Of a stretch of DNA of 64,000 nt, positions 25,306-39,570 are shown in pieces. The position numbers and the translations under genes were made by a program. The notes beneath the pieces were generated by a model. The model searched no databases, had not been told where the DNA came from, and saw only the letters and a list, made by a program, of their open reading frames with translations. This DNA comes from Hemiscyllium ocellatum (taxonomy: Eukaryota), in NCBI RefSeq assembly GCF_020745735.1, contig NC_083408.1, positions 38,532,484-38,596,483 on the forward strand. Reading direction: 5' to 3'. Positions within the stretch are counted from its first letter, which is position 1; every line of letters starts with the position of its first letter.

Positions 25306-28300
25306 AAAAAACTGAAATAGAAATATAAATCCGGGCAATATCCTAATGTACACATTGTTGGGATCTGTAGAGATCAGTCCACAGTTAAAAGTATGAATTA
25401 TATCATATGTTGCCTCTCTCCAATCTCACCTTCCCACAAAAACATAAAGTATAATTTTCTGCAAAACACCAGCAATGAATAGATTATCTCTTTCAAACAA
25501 ATTCAAGGCAGATTAGAAAGGTTCAGTTGCTGTATGTTGCAACAACATCCAGTTATTGCTAGCTAATCAAAGCAATGAAGGCTCAGCTGCTTATAGTGAA
25601 TGAAGACAGCAAGTTATACTAAAGATGGCAGAGTTTGAAAAATATAGAGTAGAGGACTTTTACAGTAGATTGTGTTGGCCATGAAGAAGTTTGAATCATG
25701 GGAAGAAAAGTTTAAATTGAAGATATTGAGAGCCAATATTGCTTAGTCAGCAAGCACAGAAGTGACAGTTGAACTATAGATCTACTTCATTAGATCTGCA
25801 TGCCTTAAGATGTCAGTTCAGTTCCAATAATGAATGATGATACAATAATCTGCTATTCAATAATTGCTTGAATGGAACAAACCTATGCTAAACATATAAA
25901 AGTGGTCACAATTTTAGTTCATTACTGTGAACCAGCAAGCCTTATTGGAATTCTGTTTGTGCGGTGTTCATAATAGTTTCAATTCAGCCATGATACTCCC
26001 CTAAACCCAAGGAGAATGAGATGGCAGAAAGCAGATGGGGAAAAGATGATGGTGATCGTTTAGCCAAATTCCACAGAGTTCAGCATACAATCACCTGTAT
26101 GCTACAGGGATACCAATGTAGCATACCTGGACACTCACTTCAAATCTCTTGGCTCCTCTCTACACCAGCAAAAGACAATGCATCAGCATTTAATGCAATC
26201 ATTCCAACTTATTGAATGAAATTGGATATTTGGATTGGTTGACTAAGAATCATTAATTTCTAACAAAGATATTCTGCACAAAGGAAAAAAAACAAGCAGG
26301 AAATTGTTAGAGGGTAGGTTGGGAAGAGATGGAGAATGCAGAACTAGAACTCCAGTGCTCTTAAGGAAGTGAGAGGCTCAATGGCTAGGAGTATAAACAT
26401 TAGGATGGGGAAGATTGTTCATATAACTTCAGCAATACACAAATTTTCTTCTCCTGTGCAACAGTCGTAATCCCTTCAATTAAATTATTGTGCTTGCCAA
26501 AATAATAAATTTTACTGTAAATACTGTGCACAAATGCACTGCAAGTGGCAATGGGTATGAGGAGTATTCTCTGGGGGAACCTTGAAAACAATCAGGCTTT
26601 AAAAGGTTTTATACACTACTGGCTTTCACTCAAATTTGGTTAAAGCTACTCTGCTTTTCTACATGCCTTGGCTCAGACATCTTAGAGTAAATAAATTTCT
26701 GCAAGTCAGTGAGTGAGTTTGGGTGAATATTGGCCTGAAAGAATGATGCCCAATGACTTGTTTTGAACTTTGGGAATAAAATTCAACTTATGCTGATTAT
26801 TTGGAACTGAGCAAAATTCTGAAAAGTTTGTTGTGGCCTAATTTGAGAGATTTTGAATTCTGATCCTAACAATGGCCTGAAAGCTCTTAGCTTCAGCTTG
26901 TTCATTCACTCCACTGCAATATTTCTCACTACAGCATTGCTTGCTACAGAATTATTGACAGTTTTTAAACTAGATATTGCATGAGTTTTCCTGTGAAGGC
27001 TACATTATTGCAGCTATGGTCAACATTTGGAATTGGTTTCTCTCTTTTATTGTTCAAGGCTGCATGGCATCAAAATTACAATAACCATTGCAAACAAAAT
27101 TCAAATTAGAGGCTACAAAACGACACAGTAAAGCCTTTGTTGAGGTTATTGAAACTTGGAATTAGCATTATCATGTTTCTTTTTAAAAGCTCTCAATATG
27201 TAGGAGCACAACAAGCTTGTGGCTATAATTTCAGCCTTTATGTAGACACAAATCCAATAGCACATCTGGAAGAGATCAGAACAAATCACAACAGTAAAGC
27301 GAATGATTTTCTGTGGCGCAATATCCTGTCATAAATCCCACTACTCTAATCCAAATGTGCTATTTTCCCCATCAGTTTCTCATGGCACTGGCACTTGAAA
27401 TCAACCTTTTGACCTGTGTAGAAGTAAAAGAAAGTTCCAGCTGGCAAGTGGAGTGCCAGTCAAAATCTATCATCAAGCATTCCAGCAACCAACTGGAAAA
27501 TGTTTCAATGCCCTGAGAGATACAACATGGGCATTTTGATTATCATATTTTTAAATGCATCTCATCAAGTCAATTTTCCAAATTAAAATATGTACCATAT
27601 TAGTTGACCATGAAAGTGCTTGGTTCCATTGTCCTGTGACTCCAGCTGGGTGCAGCTGTGTGAATACTCAATAAATGAAAGATTGAGCCTAGCTGTGATA
27701 TGTCCTTCTCCCACTTCATCCAAACTGCCTGGTAACACTCATCGGTCAACAAAAGATGTCAGAAGACAGCTGCGATGCAGGAAAATGTACTAAAACATAA
27801 GTGACTATCTCAAAAGAAGCAAAGTTGAAAGGAATAAGGGGGAAAATTCAAAGGAAGTTGGAAAACATTCTACTGTTGTGATGAGAAAAGTTTTTTTTGT
27901 TTAAACCAAATACCACACAGAAATATTCCCTCAAACAGGGTATTTCAGGGTCAACAACATTTTCTTGTTCAACATCAGATGTGCAGTTTTTCCACTTCTA
28001 ACCTTATAAAGACTGACAAAAATTGAAGTATAAAATTTATCCAGGCTGTTAGTCAAATCAAGATCCAATAAATATTCTTAGTAACTGATGGTTCTGAATG
28101 CTTCAGCCCACCCTATTTCCTCACTACAAAAGATAGCAACTTCTGCTGGAGGAAGACTTCCGTAATCTTATCATGTTCGTGCCTATTATTCATGAATGAG
28201 CCAGACTCAAGCTTCAGAATCACAGCCAACCTCAATCCAACTTCAACCAAACACTTTCTCACTTCCTAGCAGAAGTGATTGTCGCTCGATAGCAATCAGG

Positions 28301-30452
28301 TTAGGGAAAACCAAACAATTCAACTTTCATGAACCTTGACATTACTCCAGCATCATTCCATACCACATTCCCCCAACACATCCTTCAAATGTAAGGTAAC
28401 TGGAGTGTCCTTAAAAGATCATTAAAAGACAAAAAAAGACCAGAGGCCAAACATTGTGTGCACAGCTCAGTGTCATTCTAGCATTTAGTATGGAACTTCT
28501 GTGAAGTGGAATTCTCAAATACACAATGAAATATTATATTATTTTACAGTAAACTACTCTCTCAAAACATTCCCAATTCATTTTTTTTTAAATCAAAAAG
28601 TACCATTTCGTATAAATATTTCCCATCAGAATCAATGTCACAATTCTGCCTCATTATTATTAAACTTAATAAACACTCATTGAAAATAATTACTAATTAT
28701 TTTAAAACTTTGAGAGAAGAATTTAAAAAGCTTCCATGAAATACTAAAGATGGCATTTCTCTCAAAGTTAGTTATGGACACTCTATAATAGCAAGGGAAA
28801 TATTTTATAACATGTTGGAGTTCTCACTCACTGGAAGATGTCATGTGTGTCACTGAGACTCAAAAAAATCAATACTCAAGGGTCTATTTTCTTCCTCTCA
28901 AATAGAGATAGTACAACCAAAGCCAGTTTACCTCTGTGCAGTTGTCAGACACACAATAACCTAGATAGTTCTGTGAACAGCTTTCTCAAATATAGACAAA
29001 AAAGTTATAATAATGTTTGATGACTTCATGAAGTAGTTATGTCGCTCGTCTTAAAGAATAACGCATACTCCTTCTTTAGATCCATCTGTGCTTTGTTACT
29101 GTTCAGTTAGTGTTGAAATGCTTACTTTTTTGTTCTAACACTACGAAAATACAACCTCACCAGATTGACTGGAATTTGAGATGCAACATAAGCCTCCCAA
29201 TTCATCTGCTTCATTTGTTTCCATTCTGTTGATTTACACTCATTAAGTTGAGAAGGATTCTGGTAGTGGGTAATTTTCTATTCAGACAAACAGTAGTTGC
29301 AGCAAGGCACTGAAGATTATTCCTTTAGATTTGATGCCAACATAGTACTAGATTCTTCCCCTCCAATCACTGACCATCCTCCATAAATTTAGCAAATGTA
29401 TAACCAATTCAGGACAAAGCACATTTACAATATCACAGAGGATAAAAATGTGTGCATGCACAGAAAGAATATTGGGGGAGGGGGAAAGAGAGGACGAGAA
29501 GGGGAGAGAGTGGAGGGGTGATAAGGTAAGAGAGCAAGGAAGAGAGAAGCAAACGTGGACATGTTGCAGGAATGAGAGGAGAGTGAACAGGATTCAATGC
29601 TTCACCAGCACAACTACCAAGCTTCACAACTTCAGTAACCACTTTTGTCCATAATGTCAAAATGCTACCACTTGCACATTGATCATGTGGCATCTCATCA
29701 TTGCCATTTCCTGTGAAACAAATACTGAGGTGCAAAAGAAAGTTGCTGCAACACAACCATGATTTACAAACATTTCACTGCATTCGCTTGTTTAATGAAG
29801 TAGAATCTACACTTCTGTTTCTATTGACGACGCATTATTTTTGGGAAACTATTTTGAAAACAAAATTTTTTAATGTGAATGCACTGCCAAGCCTGACCCT
29901 TTTATTTGCAGCATCAACCCATTTAACTGCACTTCAGCCTCACTGTTTTCTGGTTCACTGAGCTGATAGAACAACACTCCTTCCTGATTTCCTGAGCTCT
30001 ACATCCACAAACTGCAAGTCAAAAACTTCAAAGTCCCAACATACTAACTCACAACAATTGTCATTCCTCTACCAACATTCTCACTCTTCTTTAATACTGT
30101 AATCACTTCCATTCCTACCTGCTAGCTTGTACCTTCTAATCCCACAGCAATGCACCTCCTTTTTCCTTTAATGCTAAAACTGCAATCTTGGGCACACAAT
30201 CTACTCTCTATCCTCCTCAGAGCTTTTCAAAATATTTTGTTGGTATTTGATTAGGTCTTTGGGTAGGGTTGCCAGCTTTGGTCATATGCATTGGTGAAGG
30301 TTTGATTGCATGACTACCAGTATCTCACCATCCTGTCTGTCCTTTCAGATCTCCAATAATTGTATAACTAACAGATTTGCTCCAAGAAAAATTAAACAAC
30401 ACCATTATGGTTTTTATCTCAGTTCCTCACAAAACTCAAACCAACTCTGAAT

Positions 30453-30670
30453 GAGTCATAGAGACGTACAGTATGGAAACAGACCCTTCGGTCCAATCCA
30501 TCCATGCCAACCAGATATCCCAACCCAATCTAGTCCCACCTGCCAGCACCAGGCCCATGTCTCTCCAAACCCTTCCTATTCACATACCCATCCAAATGCC
30601 TCTTAAATGTTGATAGTGTCATAGAGATGTACAGCATAGAAACAGACCCTTCGGACCAACCCGTCCATGC
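30453..30670 (-). mobile_element. Two tandem CR1 3' tails
   Basis: gtcatagaga(c/t)gtacag...aaacagacccttcgg repeated at about 30455 and 30618. Confidence 0.75.
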
Positions 30671-30778
30671 TTGGAAAGTATTTCACATCTGTGTTTAGTT
30701 TTGCCCCACAAGGCACTCTGTAATATTTTGTTGTACAAGATACGTTCATGGCTGAACCAAAAAATGGGACCAGCAACA

Positions 30779-31052
30779 ATAACAATGTACTTTAAACCAA
30801 CCTGCATCTCAGTGGTTCCCTTATGGGAGTTAAATATTTTTGAGGTGTGACCAAGAGACAAAAATTGACACTGAAGCACCACTACCACCATTGTGCAAAA
30901 TTAACATTTTTAAAATAACATCCATGTAAAAGATATGCTGCCCATGTACTGACGCTTCAGTGTCAATTTTTATCTCTTGGTCACACCTTAAAAACATTTA
31001 ACTCCCATAAGGGAACTACTGAGATGCAGGTTGGTTTAAAGTCCATTGTTAT
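30779..31052. repeat. Long inverted repeat (99-bp arms, 76-bp spacer)
   Basis: 30779-30877 vs the reverse complement of 30954-31052: 5 mismatches. Confidence 0.97.
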
Positions 31053-31900
31053 GGGTTTATGCAGACTCCATATTAAACAGGATTATATCTATAAAAGTAT
31101 TTCCCTAAGAGCTGTGCATAGAGAATCTCTCTACGATAAAACATGGTTATCATAAGCTCGAGCTAGTTTATGCACGTTAAATAACGGTCATTAACTCTGC
31201 AACCCTAGCAAACAATGCCTCCTTTGCAACATTCACAATGCCTCACCTTTTCCATTTGTTTATTCTTACATGTTACACACTATTTTTCCAGAAGCACAAC
31301 CTACTAAAACAAATCAGGTGACATTACAAGCAGTAATAAAACAGGCAAAACAACACCAGCTGCTAAAGCAGAAGGACAGTAAAAACGACAGCTATCATTT
31401 CACAGAAATGCTCCTTAAATGAAATACCAATATGCTTAAATAAACTTAAAATACAACACATTAGGTTAACGTACATTTTAAGTTTGTTTATTCCAATTCT
31501 ATTTAAAACAAATTAAAATTAAAAAAAAACAATACAGGAGTGGAACAACAAAGATAAAAATTTTAAATCGCCTTCGACAACAATGCAGAGCCAAGAAATC
31601 TTTGATATTAATAACGACTAAATTTTTATTCTTAAGTATTAGTTACAAAAACGATCTTTCATATTCCAATAAATAATCATTTATGCAGCCCTTTTTTTAT
31701 TATTCCATAATTTTCACCAATGTCAGATTGGCATTTGTTTTTTTTAAATCAACATCCCACATTACTCCAGCGCAGCTTGGGGGGGGGGGGGGGGGGGAAC
31801 CTTCACACCATGAAACAGTTATTAAGTGTTTATTATATAAATAACAGTTTAACCTACACAAACACACATGGACATTTCGGAAATCCAATGATGAATTTCA

Positions 31901-32520
<620 letters not shown>

Positions 32521-32996
32521 GACAGATCTTCAGGAATACAAAACTATGTTTACCAACACTTCTTTCTTGGCATGAATGTTCAAAAAATGTTTGTGATTCA
32601 TTCACATCACTACAAAGACAAGTATTTGCATTGATATAGGAACACGGTAAAGTGACAGAATGTGGTTCTCAGCATTTTAAAGCAAAATCCAACTCAGTTT
32701 TATGGATTTCCAAGAGTCTTGAAGCAGGATAGCGAAGTACAAAACTGGCTGTTGAGGGGAAATTCGGGAAACTGGGCCTGGCGACTGAAGAGACAGTCAC
32801 GAGTGCTGTAACAATATACTGGCAAGGGAAATCATATGAGTTGCAGACCCGAACTGGGAGGAACGCGGAGCTCATGGAGGATTGTGAATATGGAGGGATT
32901 TACAATAATAAGGAGGATTGAAGAACTTGAACACCAGGATAAGATGTTTTAGTTGGCGTTGGGACCAAGTGCCACAGGAAAAGAATCTACCACGCA

Positions 32997-33520
32997 GAGT
33001 CAAAGAGATGTACAGCATGGAAACAGACCCTTTGGTCCAACTCGTTCATGCTGACCAGATATCCTAAATTAATCTAATCCAATTTGCCAGCATTGGGTCC
33101 ATATCCCACGCAAGCTTTCCTGTTCATGTACCAATCCAGGTGCATTTTAAATGTTGCAATTGTACCAACCTCCACCACTTCCTCTGGCAGCTCATTCCAT
33201 ACCCGCACCAAACTCTGCATGAAAAAGTTGCCTGTTAGGTCCCCTTTAAATCTTTCCCCTTTCATCTTAAACCCATGCCTCCTTAGTTTGGACTCTCCAA
33301 TCCTGGGGAAAAGACTTGGCTATCGACCCTAATCATGCCCCTCATGATTTTATAAACTTCTATAAGGTCACCCACCAGCCTCTAAAACTTCAGGGAAAAT
33401 AGCCCTAGTCTATTCATCTCTCACTGTTCGTTCTATGCGCAACTCCACTTTAAAGGAATCATGAACTTGCACCCCAAGGTCTCTTTGTTCGGCAACACTC
33501 CATTACCATTAAGTGCATTC
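32997..33520 (-). mobile_element. CR1 LINE 3' end
   Basis: ORF 33074..33265 FFMQSLVRVWNELPEEVV. Confidence 0.85.
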
Positions 33521-33529
33521 AATTAATAG

Positions 33530-34420
33530 ACAAATCATCTTTCTCGCTTGACAATAACATTTTGTTAATGGGGGTCACTACTGCTTAGTGGCAGCATGAA
33601 ACATTTCGCCTCACTTGTTGCTCAACTGTTTTGAGATACCTTACCAGCGTAATCTAAGATAGACAGAGCACTTTCAAGATTGAAATTGGTGGCCATTTGC
33701 CCATTCATAAGTTTGCGCAGCATATGGCGAGAAATGATATGATGACAGTTGGCATTATTTCACAGGATAGCTTTGACGTGCCCTACTTCAGCATAAAATT
33801 TGCATCGTATGAAAATGTCTTGCGCGCTCTTTGTATGCTTGTCAATTAGGTCAATGTTATAGTATGGGAAACTATAAAGATCCCAATGTATATATTGTCC
33901 AGTGAAGATAGGTTTGCAGTACACAAAATTAGAAATCCCCAGGCAGATTTCTCAACTAGTGTGTAGAGGAAAATAAATTCATTTGACTGCTTCATTACAA
34001 GGGTGAATTTGAGCTCAGGATGGAGTGCATTAAGGCATCTGAGGAAAATTTTAGGCAAAAACACAGGGCCCTGTTCTGGGTCTGCAAACAGAAAGAATAT
34101 GTACGCACACTTTGCCTATTTCAGCTAAACAACTGGTAACCATTCTCCACTTTATTCCTCAAGCAATACTTTGACGAATTAGTGTCATCATGCCCAGTTT
34201 ACTGTCAGTCATTATCTGACTAGTGCATCCTCCATGGAAATGCCTCAACCAATCAGAGTCCTCTGGCCAACCAATCAGTACCTCTGCTCCTACTGTCTAA
34301 AATTGCTGTTCGTCTTTACATTGATATTCTTGTGAATTGTTCTGATGAGCGCAAGACAAAAAAATTAGATAAAATGTGTCTCCTTTCAGCAATACTCAAT
34401 TTGTGTATTACCAAGCTACT
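33530..34420. mobile_element. PLE with inverted 5' part
   Basis: Minus-strand PLE RT thumb-like peptide LNALHPELKFTLVMKQSNEFIFL (33846..34064), then a plus-strand tail with ctgatgagcgcaagac at 34342. Confidence 0.65.
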
Positions 34421-34444
34421 ATTAATAGTGAAAACTGAAGTTAC

Positions 34445-34566
34445 CTGGATGCTGGAAATCAGAAACAAAAACAGAAAATGCTGGAAATGATCAGCAGATC
34501 TGGCAGCAACGATGGATAGAAATCAGAGTTAATGTTTCAGGTCCAATGACCCCTTCCTCAGAACTA
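34445..34566 (-). mobile_element. Short PLE tail element
   Basis: Reverse complement agttctgaggaaggggtcattggacctgaaacattaact. Confidence 0.7.
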
Positions 34567-37500
34567 TTAATAATGCTCAATCACTGCTCAAATCCTTCAA
34601 CATGTCAAAATCATTACTTATTTCAGAAGAAAATAGCTTGTTCCAAAGTGCTCACAATTATAAGCAGACTGCCTGTACTGTTATTGAGAATGCTAAATTG
34701 TCCAAGTTTGCATCAGAAAACTAGAATTTGTGTAGCATTTGAAGCCAAAGAGAGAAATATTTGAGAAGGCAATGGAAAGTTTCATCAAAGAAGTGGGTTT
34801 TACGGTGGACTTAAAAAAAGGAAATAGAAATGGGGAAGCAAAGTAGATTAGAGAGGGAATGCATAGAATTTTGGAGCATGACCAGTAACCCTTCAATCCA
34901 TGATAATTGCACCAGTTTGCTAAAGGAGCCATCCAGTTAGTGCCACTCATATCCCTACTGTACTCCCTTGAGAATGACATTCCAAGACAGTTCCTGGAAG
35001 AAGAAAGGATCTCAATCTCCGAGTGTTAGGAGATGCAAATGGAATGTTTAGAAAAGTTGGCTTTTTGAAGATTCAGAGTGAGGTAGAGAGGCAAAGGATT
35101 TAGAGAAAATGTTCAAAATTATATGTATAAGATAACTAAACAACAATATGTTAGTTCTCTTAAATATAAAAATGTTGACCAAACAATTTTTGTTAGGTCA
35201 GCTACACAGCCAGGGGTGGATCATTCAGCTGAAGTGTTATATTGGATACCAGACAGCAATATGTCTCCTGTCCGACCCAAACCAAACCATTTTGCTGCTG
35301 ATATATTTCATGGCAATTTGTTTTTATTTTAAAAGTCTGCAAAACATAGGAACACATGTTCCTGATGATTGAAATGAGGTTAAATCCACCAATATCAGTA
35401 TAGAAACAACACCCAACACTGAATTCACAGAATTCAAAGGAAGATACCAGAAGTAAATAGCACACAGTAGTGAGATGAGGACTAGAAGTGCTCTGGAAAC
35501 AGGAAGAAAAGAAATTTCCTTTTGTTCTCCTCTTTACATTGTGTATCCTTGTTTTTGTATCTTATTGTAGTCTCCTGGCCCCACTTACAACCTTCACTAG
35601 CTGACTACGAATACACCTAGATCTTCCACTCTCGGAGACCACCTGTTTCAAATAAACAAACGGTAGCCATTCTCTGCTTTAGTCATCAGGCAATGCTTTG
35701 ACGAATCAGAGTCATCATGCTCAGTTTACTGTCAGTCAGCATCTGACTGGTACATCCTCCATGTGCATGTTGGGACACCAGAAAAGTTTGACACACTGAC
35801 TGCATGAGAATTTCCCAGGAACTTGGAACTTCTGATGGGCAATTCCTCTACTCCCACAATTCTTCAATGGGGACTTCAGATAGTTTTGACAATGTCTTAT
35901 CTGAATATTTACCCAGTGGATGTTATACCAAAAGTTTCAGTCCGATTACTTGGTTGCTTTACAACTAACCTTCCTGACTCCCCAATAATCCACTGAAGAA
36001 CCATCACCTATCTCTGTTTCCTGATTCCTCCAACCCAAGCTGTCTTGACCTTGCTCCCCCACCCAGGTGCCAGCTTACATAACTGCCATCCTCCCCAGAT
36101 TTACCAACTTACCCATCTTTAGCTCTTTACCTAGTCCAATTGTACAGAAGTGCATTCACACAGATACACAAAAGGACTGAGAAGCTTTTTCTTAGCAGAA
36201 TATGACAGCTAGTGCCATGAAAGACAGGGTGGCTTCTATGCAGACTCCCTTCACTGATATCGCCCAGGATTCCTGCACTGGGTGAGTTCTGCAGGATCCT
36301 CCAACGAATGTTTTGCCAGAAGAATCAGAGTGATGTAAGTAAGTGTTTCTTTAGCCTGAATTACAAAGAGCAGATCTGATGCTGACACTGAGATCTGGGC
36401 CAATATGACTCCTTCCTTGTTAAAGGTTGTTAGCTGCTCTATTTGCGCACTTTTTAAAAGTTCCAACACTTAACACAATTGCCCAGATATTCCCATAAGG
36501 TTGACTAAAACCTATTTTCGACACTGATTGGATTAAAAATCATCCACACGCCTTTAGATGTTTTTCAAATTGATTCCTGCATAGGGATCCCATATTCCAG
36601 CCTGTCCAGAAATCCATGAACCTATCAGTGAAGTTGATCATTGAAGACATGTTCCATTTTGCTGCAGTCAATGAGCTAGATTCTGTGATGTAAATATCCA
36701 GCAGCACATCCAGCCATTTTGTTAGATCCTGTGAAAGCATAAATATATCAGGTAATTGTGTCCTTAGGGTCTCTATGAGTAAGCTCAATAGCATATCAGG
36801 TGGGGAGAGTGCCAAGAGGATGGGACACCCAAGAGATGAAGGAATAATTGGTTAGGCTTGCAATCGGTTTGAGGTTGGGTGCTGGGGTGAGTGTGGGGAG
36901 AGGGTAGGGTATCATGTTCTGTGACAGAATGTGGATCAGTGATAGGTCCAACGGTTCAAGATGTCAAGGTGTTGTCGGGTCAGGGGTGTCAGACCAGTGG
37001 GGGAATGGGATTACATCAAGCAGTGTGGGGGGGGGTGCGGGGGGATGCTGAGATCAGCAGGTGGTGGAGTAGAGTGTTGCTTTGAGCTTATAGGTTGTCG
37101 GATGCTGCTGGTGGTGGGGTGGAGCAGGGTATATCAAGCCAGGGTCTGGGAGGTTGTAGGTGGCAGTGTTGGTGGATAGGGGGAGGGGTGTGCAGGTTTA
37201 TTGCACCAGGCTGAATGGGGTTTGTTGGGGTGGATGCTCAGACTGGCGGAGGCATCGGGTCTGGGAGTGTCCGTTCAGGGATATACGGTGAGTGTCCAAT
37301 TGCGTTGGATCAGGGAAGTTTCTGGTTGGAAGCATAATGGTTGTCAGAAGGTGTAAGTCTAGGAAGGTGTAATTGGGATGTGGAGTTTAGTGGTGAGTCT
37401 GGTTTAGTTTAGAAGAAACTCAAAAGTTAGAATTCATTTTTTCATCATTTCCAAAGAGTGTTCTGAAGCTAAATTGGGGTTCACCTTGGAGAGTATACTG

Positions 37501-37794
37501 TGTATGTATATGCTGACAGCAACTCTTTTTAGAACAGTGACAATCACTCTACTGTTCTTAACCTATTTTAGTTCTCAGTTTCACGTCAATAATTTCTCAG
37601 TGTCTGAATTTTGGCAGGGCCTCTTCAGCCTCTTTAGGGAGTCCTGCCACTCACTGATCAACCAAGACCTATATCCAGGCATCTATGTGGACAGGATTTT
37701 AACATTGTGAGCCTACGGTGGCGGTACACACTAACAACTTTGGATTGGTTGATTATTTTTGCGCACAGAACTTTTTCAGTATTAGCAACGTTAA

Positions 37795-38620
37795 CAAAGC
37801 GTGGCACTGGGAAAAGCACTGTAGGTCAGGCAGCATCTGAGGAGCAAGAGAGTCGATGTTTTGGGCAGGACCCTTCTTCCAGACTGGGGAGGGGGAAGGG
37901 GACTAAGCGATAAATAGGAGGAGGGGCGTAGGTCTGGGGGAATGGTAGGTGGGATGGCAATATGTGGGTGAGAGTAGGGGGTGATGGTGATAGGTCGGTG
38001 GGGAGTGAGGGGTGGATAGATGAGAAGGAAGATAGACAGGTAGGTTAGGTCAAGAGAGCAGATCTGAGTCGGAAGGTTGGACCTGGGATGGTGTGGGAGG
38101 AGGGGAGCTATCAAAGCCGGTGGTTGTAGGCCCCTGAGGTGGAAGATGAGGTGTTCCTCCTCCAGTTTGTGGATGGTCTTGTGTAGGTGAAGAAATAGGC
38201 CCAGAATGGATATGACCTCTGGGGAGTGGGAGAAAGAGTTGAAGTGAATGGCCAAAGGAAGATCGAGTTGGTTGATGGGTATGGACCAGAGATATTCCCT
38301 GAACCATTCCGCAAGTTTGTGTTCAGTCTCTCAGATGTACAGGAGACCACTTCGAGAGCTCAGGATGCAAGAAATGAGGTTGGAGGATGTACAAATAGAT
38401 CTCTGCCAGATTTGGAATAACGCCTTTGGGAACTTGGTCTGAGGTGAGAGGAGAGGTGTGGCTGCAGGTTTTGCACCTCTTATCGCAGCAAGTGACGGTA
38501 CCAGGTATGGCGAGGCGCTGGGTGGATGGGGAGAATGGACCTAAGGGAGTTGCGGAGGGAATGGTCCCTATGGAATGCAGATAGAGGTTGTTAAGGAAAT
38601 AAATTTTTGGTGATGGTTCA
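37795..38620 (-). mobile_element. Penelope-like element, decayed GIY-YIG region
   Basis: AIHFNSFSHS...KLEEEHLIFHL in ORF 37791..38255, homologous to 24318..24512. Confidence 0.85.
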
Positions 38621-38724
38621 ATTTAGATATTAGCAAATTTTAAGCCATCAGACATCTTTGTACTCTTATTTTCTGTGAATTATATTTGAAAAAACATAAA
38701 CATTGATAAAATATTTTTCACATC

Positions 38725-38925
38725 TAGTTGAGCTCAGTTGGCTGGTTTATTGTGCAGCAAACAGCATGGGTTTAATTCCTTTATGGGCAGAGGTTACCTT
38801 CTCAAGGTTACCTTCCCTTTACTTGAGGCATAGATGACCCTCAGGTTCAACCACCAGCAGTCCTCTCTCTCTCTGATGAGACGGCAGTCTTATAGTCTGG
38901 TAAGATAGTGGTGACTTTATCTTTA
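38725..38925 (+). mobile_element. tRNA-derived SINE (third family; related copy at about 58047-58222)
   Basis: agctcagttggctgg...gggtttaattcc head and ctctctct...ggtaagat..tgg tail shared by both copies. Confidence 0.6.
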
Positions 38926-39129
38926 AATAGGATTTTCTGACCCCGAATATGAGTGTCTACAAATGTCTCATATATATCTACTAATCCAGTACTTCAGTGC
39001 AGTTCTGGTGGAGTGCGTTATTTTTGGAGATACCAATTTTCAGGTAAAACACTGAATCAGTGTCCCATGTTCTGTTCATATCGGGCAGTAGTGATAAAAG
39101 GTGTCATAGAACCATTTAATAAAGAATGA

Positions 39130-39570
39130 AGAAGAAACAAAGGAATAAGGGCAGAGGTGACTGAAGTGGACTGGCCAAGGTGATGATTGAGGACTAATGG
39201 CATGTATAAGAAAATGGTCTATGGCTTAAACAAAAGTATGTCCCAACGAGAAAGAAGGATACTAGAAAGGGGACAAACCAACCATGGTTAATTAGGCAAG
39301 TTAAGAACTTCATCAAAAAATACATATAATGTGGCCAAGATGAGTGATGAACCTGATAATTGGGAAAGTTGTAAAAACAACAACCAAAAAAAATGTAAAG
39401 GCGAAAAGATAAATTTTGAGTGTAAACTTGCAAGTAATATCAAAATGGACAGCAAGAGCTTCTTTAAATATATAAAAAGAAAAAGAGAACCCAAAGTTAA
39501 CATAAGCCTATAAGAACAAGGTTAGGGACATAATAATAGGGAAGCAAGAAGAATATTCTGTGTCAATTTT
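39130..39570 (+). mobile_element. CR1 ORF2 fragment
   Basis: KLASNIKMDSKSFFKYIKRKR (ORF 39331..39513). Confidence 0.8.

Noticed and set aside
26700-26930. C/D snoRNA-like boxes
   Set aside because: No proper RTGATGA, and it lies on the non-host strand.
27600-28350. Ancient SINE-like segments
   Set aside because: Too decayed to call a family or boundaries.
36170-37420. ORFs 36251..36469 and 36540..36815 and the G-rich tract as a gene or transposase
   Set aside because: No recognisable domain; probably a decayed repeat, but I cannot assign it.
38872-38900. ctgatgagac..gtct as a hammerhead
   Set aside because: No GAAA or cleavage triplet follows; it is part of a SINE tail.
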